From Mycolicibacterium smegmatis (lineage in GTDB: Bacteria > Actinomycetota > Actinomycetes > Mycobacteriales > Mycobacteriaceae): a stretch of 32,000 bases of DNA. The stretch's first letter is position 1. Every line of letters begins with the position of its first letter. The notes under the pieces were generated by a model. That model ran no database searches and was not told the origin of the DNA. It worked only from the letters and a program-made list of their open reading frames with translations. Positions 1-8,359 of the stretch are shown piece by piece. A program made the translations under genes and the position numbers. The stretch is taken from assembly GCF_001457595.1 (NCBI RefSeq), contig NZ_LN831039.1, positions 3,450,001 through 3,482,000 on the forward strand, written 5' to 3'.

Positions 1-1
1 G

Positions 2-1060
2 CGGCCGTCGCCGCTGATCCGGGCGCGGCGGTTCGAAAAGGCGCTCAACACCGGGGCCCACATCTACGTCAAGTACGAGGGTGTCAGCCCGGTGGGTAGC
101 CACAAGACGAATTCTGCTGTCGCGCAGGCCTATTACAACAGCGTGGACGGGGTCCGCAAGCTCACCACCGAGACCGGTGCCGGCCAGTGGGGCAGTGCGC
201 TGGCGTTCGCCGGGGCGCAGTTCGGCCTGGAGATCGAGGTGTGGCAGGTGCGCGCGTCGTACGAGTCGAAGCCGTACCGCGGCCACCTCATCCGGACCTA
301 CGGCGGTGTTGTCCATTCCAGCCCGTCGGAACTGACCGAATCGGGCCGCGCGATCTTGGCGAAGGATCCGAACACGACCGGCAGCCTCGGTATGGCGGTC
401 AGTGAGGCCGTCGAGGTCGCCGCCGGGGATCCGGACACCCGTTACGCCCTCGGCAGTGTGCTCAACCATGTTGTGCTGCACCAGAGTGTCATCGGCCAGG
501 AGGCCGTCGCGCAGTTGGCCGCAGTCGAACCGAACGGCGCAGACCTCGTGTTCGGTTGCGCGGGAGGAGGTTCCAACCTCGCCGGGTTGGCTTTCCCGTT
601 CCTGCGTGAGAAGATCCACGGTCGTTCCGACCCGAAGGTGATCGCGGCCGAACCGGCGGCGTGCCCGTCGATCACCCAGGGGGAGTACCGCTACGACCAC
701 GGTGATGTCGCAGGTCTCACGCCACTGCTGAAAATGCACACGCTCGGAATGGATTTCGTGCCCGATCCCATCCACGCGGGCGGTCTGCGCTATCACGGGA
801 TGGCGCCCGCGCTCAGCCACACCGTCGAACTCGGCCTCGTCCAGGGCGTGGCCATCTCACAGCACGATGCGTTCTCCGCGGGTGTGCAGTTCGCGCGGAC
901 GCAGGGCATCGTGCCGGCGCCGGAGTCGACGCATGCGATCGCCGCGGCCGCGGCGCACGTGGCAGACGATCCGTCGGAGCAGGTCGTCGTGATCGGTCTA
1001 TCCGGACACGGCCAACTCGACCTGCCGGCGTACGCCGAGTATCTCGACGGGAAGTTCTGA
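2..1060 (+). CDS. TrpB-like (TrpB2-type) pyridoxal-phosphate-dependent enzyme; 5' end lies outside the window
   Basis: The frame is open from base 2. The translation RPSPLIRARRFE..IYVKYEGVSPVGSHKTNSA carries the PLP-lysine motif GSHKxN. It also has the glycine loop FGCAGGGSNLAG of tryptophan-synthase-beta-fold enzymes. Stop at 1058-1060. Confidence 0.85.
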   Translation, partial: RPSPLIRARRFEKALNTGAHIYVKYEGVSPVGSHKTNSAVAQAYYNSVDGVRKLTTETGAGQWGSALAFAGAQFGLEIEVWQVRASYESKPYRGHLIRTYGGVVHSSPSELTESGRAILAKDPNTTGSLGMAVSEAVEVAAGDPDTRYALGSVLNHVVLHQSVIGQEAVAQLAAVEPNGADLVFGCAGGGSNLAGLAFPFLREKIHGRSDPKVIAAEPAACPSITQGEYRYDHGDVAGLTPLLKMHTLGMDFVPDPIHAGGLRYHGMAPALSHTVELGLVQGVAISQHDAFSAGVQFARTQGIVPAPESTHAIAAAAAHVADDPSEQVVVIGLSGHGQLDLPAYAEYLDGKF

Positions 1061-1156
1061 AGCCGGCGTCGGTGATCTCGCGCCTCGGAACTTCGGTGTT
1101 TCGGCGCCGTCAATACGAGGTATATCGCTCAGCGTCCCCGAGCAGGAGGAATGACG

Positions 1157-1987
1157 ATGAGCGTGAGCGCCCGCCCGGTACACGGTGTCCTTGACAAAGC
1201 AACGGACAGTACAGCTTTCGAATACACGGCGCGGGCCGGTTTCGCCGCGAGTGGCGTTCTCCATCTGCTTGTCGCGTACATCATCCTGCGTCTCGCGTTC
1301 GGGTCGGGCGGTAACGCCGATCAATCGGGTGCGCTCGCGACGCTGGCCGCACAGCCCGGCGGAGCGGTGGTGCTGTGGGTGGCCGCGGCGGGTCTGGTCG
1401 CCCTCGGGCTGTGGCGCGTGGCAGAAGCGGTGATCGGATCGAAGCCGGGGGAGAGCCGCGGAGGAGGCAACAACGCGGCCTCGAATCCAGCCTGGAAGCG
1501 TGCCAAAGCGCTGGGGCTGGCGATCGTCAACTTCGCGATCGCGCTGTCGGCGGCACGTTTCGCCACGGGCGGCGGACAGTCCAGTGGCGAGCAGAACGCC
1601 GGACTGTCAGCCCAGCTGATGCAGACCGGCTGGGGCAAGCTCGTCCTCATCGCGGCCGGCCTCGGCGTGGCCGCTGTCGGCGCTTACCACATCTACAAAG
1701 GCGTGACGCAGAAGTTCTTCAAGGACCTGCGCGTGCGAGGGGGCACCGTGATCACCGCGGTCGGCGTCACCGGCTATGCGGCCAAGGGCGCCGTCCTCGC
1801 CGGTGCGGGACTGCTGGTGATCGTTGCGACACTGCGAGCCGACCCGGCCAAGGCGGCGGGACTCGACGCTGCGGTCAAGACTCTCGGCGAGGCGCCCTTC
1901 GGCAAGTTCCTGCTCGTGGCGGCCGCACTGGGGATCGCGGCTTTCGGACTGTACAACTTCGTTCGCAGCCGCCACGGCCGGATGTGA
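1157..1987 (+). CDS. DUF1206-type integral membrane protein
   Basis: Three repeated hydrophobic helix-pair units are present (GFAASGVLHLLVAYIILRLA / LGLAIVNFAIALSAARFA / GYAAKGAVLAGAGLLVIV / FLLVAAALGIAAFGLYNF). AGGAGGA at 1144-1150 abuts the first ATG (1151), so the second ATG at 1157 (6-nt spacing) is preferred. Confidence 0.75.
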   Translation: MSVSARPVHGVLDKATDSTAFEYTARAGFAASGVLHLLVAYIILRLAFGSGGNADQSGALATLAAQPGGAVVLWVAAAGLVALGLWRVAEAVIGSKPGESRGGGNNAASNPAWKRAKALGLAIVNFAIALSAARFATGGGQSSGEQNAGLSAQLMQTGWGKLVLIAAGLGVAAVGAYHIYKGVTQKFFKDLRVRGGTVITAVGVTGYAAKGAVLAGAGLLVIVATLRADPAKAAGLDAAVKTLGEAPFGKFLLVAAALGIAAFGLYNFVRSRHGRM

Positions 1988-1988
1988 C

Positions 1989-2216
1989 CTACCCGGTGTT
2001 GGCCCCCTGCAGCTTGGCCAGGAACTCATGGCATCGCTTGGCACGGTCGGCATCCTCTGCCATGACATGTTCGAAGAAGGATGCGACATCGTCGAGGCCG
2101 GCGTTCTTGGCGTCGCGGACGTACTGCCCATAATCGTGACCGGCTTTGAGTGAGTGGTACTGCACCGAGATCAGGTCGAAAGTGACGTCGCTGAACCCAG
2201 TTTGTCCCGCAGGCAT
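1989..2216 (-). CDS. Small (75 aa) conserved-looking helical protein; function not recognised
   Basis: Only the last 75 codons of track ORF 1989..2816 are plausible. ATG at 2216 is preceded by GGAGGAATC (minus strand). The translation MPAGQTGFSDVTFDLISVQYHSLKAGHDYGQYVRDAKNAGLDDVASFFEHVMAEDADRAKRCHEFLAKL is balanced and helical. The rest of the track ORF is antisense to the hemerythrin gene. Confidence 0.6.
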   Translation of the reverse strand: MPAGQTGFSDVTFDLISVQYHSLKAGHDYGQYVRDAKNAGLDDVASFFEHVMAEDADRAKRCHEFLAKLQGANTG

Positions 2217-2339
2217 GATTCCTCCGATTCGTCGATGAATGTCTTGTTGTGTCGCCGTACCCGGTGATGCCGTGGTCAAACCAGTGCGTTTCGGACCGCG
2301 GTCGCCGGGTACGCGCATCGGTGTACCAAGGAGGCAGTC

Positions 2340-2897
2340 ATGGCTGGTAGCAGAGGCAACATCATCGACGACATCATCGCCGACCACCGCGAATTCGAAT
2401 CTGTATTCGTCGAGATCGAATCCTCCGATGATCCGCGAACACAACCGGAACTGGTCGAACACGTGATTTCTGGCATCGTGCGGCATGCCGTGGCTGAAGA
2501 GCAGTACGTTTATCCCGCAGCACGCAGCGTTCTTCCCGACGGCGATGAGGTCGCCGACCACGAGCTCGAGGAGCACGCCGAGGCCGAAGAGGTCATGAAA
2601 GCCATCGAGAAGACAGATCCTGAAGATTCGCGTTACGGGGAGCTGGTTCGTCGGCTGATCGACGACATCCGGCATCACATCGAGGAAGAAGAGAGCGGGA
2701 TGCTGTCGAAACTTCGCGATGCCTGCCCGCCCGAGCGGCTGCACGAGTTGAGTGAAGAGTTTCAGCGTGCCAAGAGTCTCGCGCCCACCCGGCCGCATCC
2801 TCTGGCGCCCGACCATCCGCCGGCCAACAAGATCCTCGGGCCGGGCGCCGGCCTGGTGGATCGTCTGCGCGACATCCTCAGCGGCCGCAACAGCTGA
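2340..2897 (+). CDS. Hemerythrin (HHE cation-binding) domain protein
   Basis: AAGGAGG at 2328-2334 precedes ATG 2340. The H/E-rich helices (IIADHREFE, HAVAEEQYVYP, DHELEEHAEAEE, IRHHIEEEE) are typical of hemerythrin-like metal-binding domains. Confidence 0.85.
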   Translation: MAGSRGNIIDDIIADHREFESVFVEIESSDDPRTQPELVEHVISGIVRHAVAEEQYVYPAARSVLPDGDEVADHELEEHAEAEEVMKAIEKTDPEDSRYGELVRRLIDDIRHHIEEEESGMLSKLRDACPPERLHELSEEFQRAKSLAPTRPHPLAPDHPPANKILGPGAGLVDRLRDILSGRNS

Positions 2898-2909
2898 CCT
2901 TTGGTCTGA

Positions 2910-4100
2910 TCAAAAATTCTGACGCGCAACCCAATTCGCTAGTCCCGCCGGACTGGTGACGTCGTCGAGCGCCATCGCGACAGCACCGTGCAGCGGGCCC
3001 TCTTCACCGTGCTCGGCGTCGAGGACCGGCGGGGGTGAGTCACGGCGGAAGTTCATCAGGCCGTCACGGTACGCGGTGTCGAAGGCGTGCGCAGCGGCCG
3101 CGCGCAGCGGCGCGCCGACGCCGCCCAGCGTCACCACCTCGGGATCGTGGAGGTTCACCAGTCCGCCGATGCCACGACCCAGCGATACCGCGACCGCCTC
3201 GAGCGCGCGTTGTGTCACCGCGTCACGGTGGCCGGAGAGGATCCGGTGGACGTACTCGACCGGATCCTGCGGTTCTGCGTCGCCGCGGTGACGGGCCAGT
3301 GCGCGGCCGTCGACGGTGGGATCCCAGCATCCGCGCGCACCACAGAGACAGGTCAGCGCGGGATCCCCGAACGGGATGTGGCCGTACTCGCCCGCCGCTC
3401 CGTGCGTGCCGGATACGGGTTCACGGTCGACGACGAGTGCGCCGCCGATACCCGTGGCGACGATCAGATGCAGCGAGGTGCCGGCCGACCTGGCGGCGCC
3501 GGAGCGAGCCTCGGCCAATCCCGCCAGGGTCGCGTCGTTGCACAGCAGCACCGGCAGGGCCGCGCGGCGGGGGAGCTTGCTCGTCAGCACCGACAGATCC
3601 ACGTCTCGGCGACTGTGCGGCGTGAACTGCACCAGTCTTCCGTCACTGACGGTGCCCGCGACAGATACCCCCAAAGCGCTGACCTGCTTTGCCTTTCGCC
3701 GGTACGCGGAGCCGATCGCGTCGGCCAGGTCGCCCAACGCGGTGTCCAATCCGGCATCGTCGTAGGCGCCCTCGGCCACGATGCGCGGACTCTCGTCGAG
3801 CGCGGCCACCGCAAGCCTCCAGCCGGTGGCACGCAGGTCTGCGGCCAGTATCAGAGGCCCCTCGTGGTGTGGACGCAGTACCGTCGTCGGCCTGCCCCGG
3901 CCCTGGGCGGGTGCCGGGGTCTCGTCGAGCAACCGGGCCTGCCGCAGCCGCGCGACCAGATCGGTCGCGCTTCCGCTGCTGATGCCGAGGCGGTTGGCTG
4001 CGGCGGCGCGGGTGATGCCCGGCGCCGAACGCACCGTGTCCAGGAGTTGCGCGGCACCCAGCCATCGCAGCTGTGCGGGGCTCCGGGGTTCGTCGGACAT
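2910..4100 (-). CDS. ROK-family transcriptional regulator (NagC/XylR type)
   Basis: An N-terminal winged-HTH is present (ITRAAAANRLGISSGSATDLVARL). A sugar-kinase-like fold follows, with GIGGALV and the ROK zinc motif GHIPFGDPALTCLCGARGCWD. ATG at 4100; an alternative GTG lies at 4103. Confidence 0.85.
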   Translation of the reverse strand: MSDEPRSPAQLRWLGAAQLLDTVRSAPGITRAAAANRLGISSGSATDLVARLRQARLLDETPAPAQGRGRPTTVLRPHHEGPLILAADLRATGWRLAVAALDESPRIVAEGAYDDAGLDTALGDLADAIGSAYRRKAKQVSALGVSVAGTVSDGRLVQFTPHSRRDVDLSVLTSKLPRRAALPVLLCNDATLAGLAEARSGAARSAGTSLHLIVATGIGGALVVDREPVSGTHGAAGEYGHIPFGDPALTCLCGARGCWDPTVDGRALARHRGDAEPQDPVEYVHRILSGHRDAVTQRALEAVAVSLGRGIGGLVNLHDPEVVTLGGVGAPLRAAAAHAFDTAYRDGLMNFRRDSPPPVLDAEHGEEGPLHGAVAMALDDVTSPAGLANWVARQNF

Positions 4101-4130
4101 CACGGAAAGTATTGCATTGATTAAACTCGG

Positions 4131-5324
4131 GTGACGAGTATATTCGCGGTGGTGCCCCTCACCGCTTCGCGCACCGGCGGCTTGCGCTCGAGCCTGCCAG
4201 CTCTTCTCACCCTGGCTGCGGCCTCGGCACTTGCGGTGACGACCGAGATGCTGCCGATCGGCCTGCTTCCCCAGATCGCCGGCGCGTTCGGGGTCTCAGC
4301 CTCGGTCAGCGGGTTGCTGGTGGGCCTCTACGCCGTGATGGTCGCGGCATTGGCGGTCCCGTTGACAGTGGCCACGTCGCGGTTCGCGCGCAAGCCGCTG
4401 CTCATGGCCACGGTGGCCGGCTACCTGGTGAGCAATACGGTGGTCGCGGCCGCCCCGGTGTTCGCCGTGCTCGCGCTGGGCCGCGCGGTCGGCGGGATCA
4501 CGCATGCGTTGTTCTTCTCACTCGTGATCGGATACGCACCGCGACTGGTGCCCGGTGGGACCGTGGGCCGTGCGCTCGCCGTCGCCGGCAGTGGTGCATC
4601 GGTCGGTCTCGTGGTGGGTACGCCGGTGCTGACGACGCTGGGCGCTGCAGCCGGCTGGCGTGCACCGTTTGTGGTGTTGGCTGCACTGGCGGTGTGCACG
4701 CTCGTGGTGTTGAGCAGGATTCTGCCTGCGGTGCACCACGATCCGGATGGTCGGTCACCACAGACCGGAAGACGAGGACGCCTCGCGGCCGTAGCGGCCT
4801 CGAACACGCTGGTGTTTCTGGGCCATTTCACGGTGTACACATTCATCAGCGTCGTCTTGCTGTCCAACGGTGCCCCTCCTGCGCTGGTGGGGCCGACCCT
4901 GTTGATCTGCGGTGCCTGTGGGCTGCTGGGGCTCTGGTATGCCGGGCGTGGGCTGGATCGAAACCCGCGACGGACGACGCTCGCCTTGCTCGGGGCCGTC
5001 ATGCTCGCGGTGGCGGCACTGGCCGTGCCGTGGCCTGCGCTGTGGACGGTGTTGGTGGTGATCGCGTTGTGGAGCACCGCTTTCGGCGGCGTGCCGTCGA
5101 TCTATCAATCGTGCGCGGTGCGCACCCATGAGGTTTCACCGGAGCGTGCGGGCGCATGGATCAACGCGACAGCCAACGTCGGCATCGCGGGCGGATCAGC
5201 GATCGGGGCCGGGTTGCTCGAGACCGTGGGAGTGTGGTCGCTGCCATGTGCGGGTGCCGTGCTCATCGGACTCGGGTTGTCGGTGGCGCTGGTGTGTCGT
5301 CGTGCCTTTCCGGTCGAGCCCTGA
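4131..5324 (+). CDS. MFS transporter (12-TMS type)
   Basis: 397 aa, almost entirely hydrophobic helices, with a central basic loop (HHDPDGRSPQTGRRGR). GTG start lies 27-30 bp from the divergent ROK gene. Confidence 0.8.
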   Translation: MTSIFAVVPLTASRTGGLRSSLPALLTLAAASALAVTTEMLPIGLLPQIAGAFGVSASVSGLLVGLYAVMVAALAVPLTVATSRFARKPLLMATVAGYLVSNTVVAAAPVFAVLALGRAVGGITHALFFSLVIGYAPRLVPGGTVGRALAVAGSGASVGLVVGTPVLTTLGAAAGWRAPFVVLAALAVCTLVVLSRILPAVHHDPDGRSPQTGRRGRLAAVAASNTLVFLGHFTVYTFISVVLLSNGAPPALVGPTLLICGACGLLGLWYAGRGLDRNPRRTTLALLGAVMLAVAALAVPWPALWTVLVVIALWSTAFGGVPSIYQSCAVRTHEVSPERAGAWINATANVGIAGGSAIGAGLLETVGVWSLPCAGAVLIGLGLSVALVCRRAFPVEP

Positions 5325-5326
5325 AC

Positions 5327-5665
5327 TCACGGGAACACGATCGGCGGAATGGCCGACGGCAGAGGAACGGGCGGAATGTCCGAGGGCAATTGCATCTTCG
5401 GCACGTCGGCCGGCGCCTGAACCCGGGGGATGTCGTTGGGCATCTCGACCGCCGGCACCGCGTCCGGTAGCGGCACCACCGGGATGGCGTCGGGCAGAGG
5501 GAACGGCGGAATGTTGGGCGGGACGGGCAGGGTCGTCACCGGATTCTCCGGCGTGGCGGACCGATCACCGTCAGGGGCGCAACCGGCGCCCGATATGAGC
5601 ACACCGACCACCAGCGTCACCCGCGCCGCAGCGGCGCAGGTGCTTCGCTGCATTGCGATCGGCAT
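5327..5665 (-). CDS. Secreted lipoprotein with proline-rich nonapeptide repeats
   Basis: GGGAGG lies 8 nt upstream of ATG 5665. The signal peptide carries a lipobox (LISGAGC). The C-terminal half consists of about 7 tandem 9-residue units of the form P-x-(D/A/I)-(I/V)-P-x-x-x-(L/M/A). Confidence 0.7.
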   Translation of the reverse strand: MPIAMQRSTCAAAARVTLVVGVLISGAGCAPDGDRSATPENPVTTLPVPPNIPPFPLPDAIPVVPLPDAVPAVEMPNDIPRVQAPADVPKMQLPSDIPPVPLPSAIPPIVFP

Positions 5666-5919
5666 ACCGTCAACCTCCCGGCTGTATATACGGCGACGCT
5701 ACCACCGCCAATACGGACATTGCAGCATCGGACCAACCACGTCGTCCAACTCTTCTGGGCCACAACGTTTTCGCCTCTCCAACCGCGTTGCGCAGGGCGA
5801 AGCGGACTCGCGCGATCGAGATCGCATCGTTCGCCACGCGCGGTCGCAGAATCGCCGATAACCTTTGCGCACGGTCACGCTCCGCGGCCGGATTCCTGTC
5901 AGAAGTGAAGGTGACGTAC

Positions 5920-6927
5920 ATGTCCGATATTCGGGCCGTGGTATACGGCGTTGGCGCGATGAACTCGATCGTCGCCGGCATGCTGCTCGACAAAGGGGTG
6001 CAGATCGTCGGGGCGATCGCACGCAGCCCACAAAAGGTCGGGCAGGACCTCGGCGACCTGCTCGGTCTGGGCCGGCAACTCGGCGTCGCGGTGAGCGACG
6101 ACGCCGCGGAGGTGCTCGAGCAGACCCACCCCGACATCGCGGTGATCGCGGTCAACAGCTACCTCACCGATGCCGTCGAACAGTTGCGGATCTGCGCCGA
6201 GCACGGGGTCAACGCCGTCACGCTGTCCGAAGAGATGCTCTACCCGTGGGAGACCTCGCCCGAACTGTCCGCCGAGTTGGATGCCCTGGCCAAGTCGACC
6301 GGCGCGACCTTGACGGGGACCGGATACCAGGACACCTTCTGGGTCAACATGATCGCCCTGCTCATGGGCACCGCCCACCGGATCGACACCGTCCGCGGCA
6401 AGGCGAGTTGGAACGTCGACGACTTCGGCCCCGAACTGGCCACCGCGCAGCAGGTGGGACGGACCGTCGCCGAGTTCGACGAGTGGGTCCGCGGGGCCCA
6501 GCGGCCGCCGACCTTCGGTCGCAACGTGCTCGACGCCCTGGTCGCCGACACCGGTCTGACCGTCAAATCGATCACCACCGCCACCCGTCCGGACATCGCC
6601 TCTGCGGCAATGCGTTCCGAGGCCCTCGGTATCGACCTGGCACCAGGGGACGTGATCGGATTCACCGATATCGACCGGATCGAGACCGAAGAGGGACCGG
6701 TGTTCGAGTTCGAGATGTCGGGTCGGGTGTACGGACCCGGTGAGGGTGACATCAACGAGTGGACGATCGAGGGCGAGCCGAACCTGTTCCTGTCCAACGG
6801 AACCGTGCCGACCCAGACCACCACCTGCACCCAGATGGTGAACCGGATTCCCGACGTGATTGCCGCGCCGCCCGGCATCGTCACCGTCGACAGGCTTCCT
6901 CGACTGCGTTATCGACCCCAGTTCTGA
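5920..6927 (+). CDS. DapB-fold NAD(P)-dependent amine-dehydrogenase-like oxidoreductase
   Basis: The track ORF starts at 5653 but overlaps the lipoprotein promoter region. An in-frame ATG at 5920 gives MSDIRAVVYGVGAMNSIVAGMLLDKGVQIVGAIAR, a Rossmann N-terminus of the dihydrodipicolinate-reductase-like / diaminopentanoate-dehydrogenase-like family. Confidence 0.65.
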   Translation: MSDIRAVVYGVGAMNSIVAGMLLDKGVQIVGAIARSPQKVGQDLGDLLGLGRQLGVAVSDDAAEVLEQTHPDIAVIAVNSYLTDAVEQLRICAEHGVNAVTLSEEMLYPWETSPELSAELDALAKSTGATLTGTGYQDTFWVNMIALLMGTAHRIDTVRGKASWNVDDFGPELATAQQVGRTVAEFDEWVRGAQRPPTFGRNVLDALVADTGLTVKSITTATRPDIASAAMRSEALGIDLAPGDVIGFTDIDRIETEEGPVFEFEMSGRVYGPGEGDINEWTIEGEPNLFLSNGTVPTQTTTCTQMVNRIPDVIAAPPGIVTVDRLPRLRYRPQF

Positions 6928-8359
6928 ATGCCTGTGGAGACCTTTTGCGCCCCAGCATGATCACGGGTATTGCTGCCAGCGCGAACAGCGTACCGGCCAT
7001 GGCGACGTAGAGGTGCACCCCGCCGGCGGTGCTCACCGGGGCACCGCCGGCGGCCATGCCAAGAATCCGGGTCGCCTTGAGAACCTCACCACCGGCGAAA
7101 TTGAAGACGACAGAGCCGAGGGCGAGCATGACCGAAACGAGGCCGGCAATCGTGCCCTGGTGCTCGGGCGCCGCGAAGTCGATCGCAAGATTGTAGCCCG
7201 ATGCGCTGATCGCGCCCGCCGCCACACCGAGCATGGTGGCGCACACGATCGCCAGCGGCAGCGCCGAGACACCCAGCAGCATCGCGAATGTCGCCACCGC
7301 CCCGATGGTGATGCCGCCGAGCAGGGGCCGAGCCGGGCCGGATCCTCGCCCGGCCACCCATCCGGCGCACACACCACCGACGACGATGCCGAGATTCGGC
7401 ACGGCGAGCAGTATCGCGATGGCTTCTCCGTGACCCAGCCCGTAGCCGAGTCCGAGTTCGACGGGCACCTGGGCGACGACGCTCGTCAGTTGCAGCATGC
7501 TCCGGAAAGACCCCGCCGCCAACAGCAACGCCAGCAGCGTCAGCAGTATCGGGCGGTGTAACGCCCGGATGTCGATGAGGGGTTCGTCGACTCGCAGTGC
7601 ACACACCGCCCACCACACAAGTGCGCCTGCGCCTGCGGCCAGGAGTGCGATCATGCGCCCGTCCGACCATCCCACCGCTTGCCCCAGGCTGATATAGGCG
7701 AGCGTCGCGCCGATCCCGCCGCCGAGCAGGAGTGCCCCGAACACGTCGATCCGCGCCGCGATGCGGATCGGTGACTCCGGGACGAGGCAGCGCACGCCTA
7801 TCGCAGCAGCGGTGGCGAGCAGCGCGGCCACCACGAACACGCTCCGGTAGCCGAACGCGTCGATGACCGGTTTCATCAGGAACGGTTCGATGATCCCGAC
7901 GATCGACGGCCCAGAAGTCAGGAGACCCACGAGGACCACCGCCACCCCGGGAGCGCAGATCTGGCGCGCGAGGGTCACGGTGAGGAAGACCGCTGCCAGG
8001 GCCGCGCCCTGGAGGAACCGGCCGATGAGGAAGATCCAGAGGTTCGGTGCGGCAAGGCACACCAGCGCACCGACGCCTGCCATGACGAGCGTGCCCACGA
8101 GGATTCGGCGTTTGCCGAAAACGTCGGAGCTCTTGGCCAGAAGCGGCGCCCAGATCGCTCCTGCCAGCATTGCACTGGCATTGAGCCACGCGGCCTGATC
8201 GGTGTCGAAATGCGCCATCAGCTGCGGCATGACCATCAGCGGCGACCCGATGACGATGTCGACGAGCACGTTGGCGAGGATGAGAACGGCAGCCCAGATG
8301 AGCAGACGCGTACTCCAGCGGTTCTCTCGCGCCGCGGAACTGTCCGCTGTGACGGTCAC
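6881..8359 (-). CDS. MFS transporter, 14-TMS (DHA2/EmrB-like) putative efflux pump
   Basis: 492 aa and highly hydrophobic. The GTG start overlaps the upstream monooxygenase stop (GTGA, 8356-8359), implying translational coupling. Confidence 0.85.
   Translation of the reverse strand: MTVTADSSAARENRWSTRLLIWAAVLILANVLVDIVIGSPLMVMPQLMAHFDTDQAAWLNASAMLAGAIWAPLLAKSSDVFGKRRILVGTLVMAGVGALVCLAAPNLWIFLIGRFLQGAALAAVFLTVTLARQICAPGVAVVLVGLLTSGPSIVGIIEPFLMKPVIDAFGYRSVFVVAALLATAAAIGVRCLVPESPIRIAARIDVFGALLLGGGIGATLAYISLGQAVGWSDGRMIALLAAGAGALVWWAVCALRVDEPLIDIRALHRPILLTLLALLLAAGSFRSMLQLTSVVAQVPVELGLGYGLGHGEAIAILLAVPNLGIVVGGVCAGWVAGRGSGPARPLLGGITIGAVATFAMLLGVSALPLAIVCATMLGVAAGAISASGYNLAIDFAAPEHQGTIAGLVSVMLALGSVVFNFAGGEVLKATRILGMAAGGAPVSTAGGVHLYVAMAGTLFALAAIPVIMLGRKRSPQAFRTGVDNAVEEACRR

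Noticed and set aside
2257-2312. Inverted repeat GTACCCGG ... CCGGGTAC (arms about 40 nt apart) between the small helical protein gene and the hemerythrin gene.
   Set aside because: The arms are short and GC-rich with a long spacer in GC-rich DNA, so it could easily arise by chance. No second copy or obvious regulator is nearby.
1989-2816. 275-aa minus-strand ORF spanning the hemerythrin gene.
   Set aside because: Only the last 75 codons have a strong ribosome-binding site and a protein-like sequence. The upstream 200 codons are antisense to the well-supported hemerythrin CDS.
3087-4124. 345-aa plus-strand ORF, together with many similar long ORFs (3035..3625, 7086..8189 minus, 19283..20155 plus, 21574..22785 minus, 10757..11761 plus, 30808..31500 minus).
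   Set aside because: All lie antisense to, or out of frame with, genes that have clear family motifs. Their translations are Arg/Pro/Gly-rich and low in complexity, which is typical of shadow ORFs in high-GC DNA.
5653-5919. Upstream extension of the amine-dehydrogenase-like ORF (track start 5653).
   Set aside because: The extension overlaps the lipoprotein start and promoter region and is Arg-rich. The Rossmann N-terminus begins at ATG 5920.
6881-6927. 47-bp overlap of the convergent 3' ends of the amine-dehydrogenase-like gene and the MFS gene, as a possible regulatory antisense arrangement.
   Set aside because: Convergent 3' overlaps are common in compact high-GC genomes. No hairpin or other signal was seen, so it is not worth a finding.
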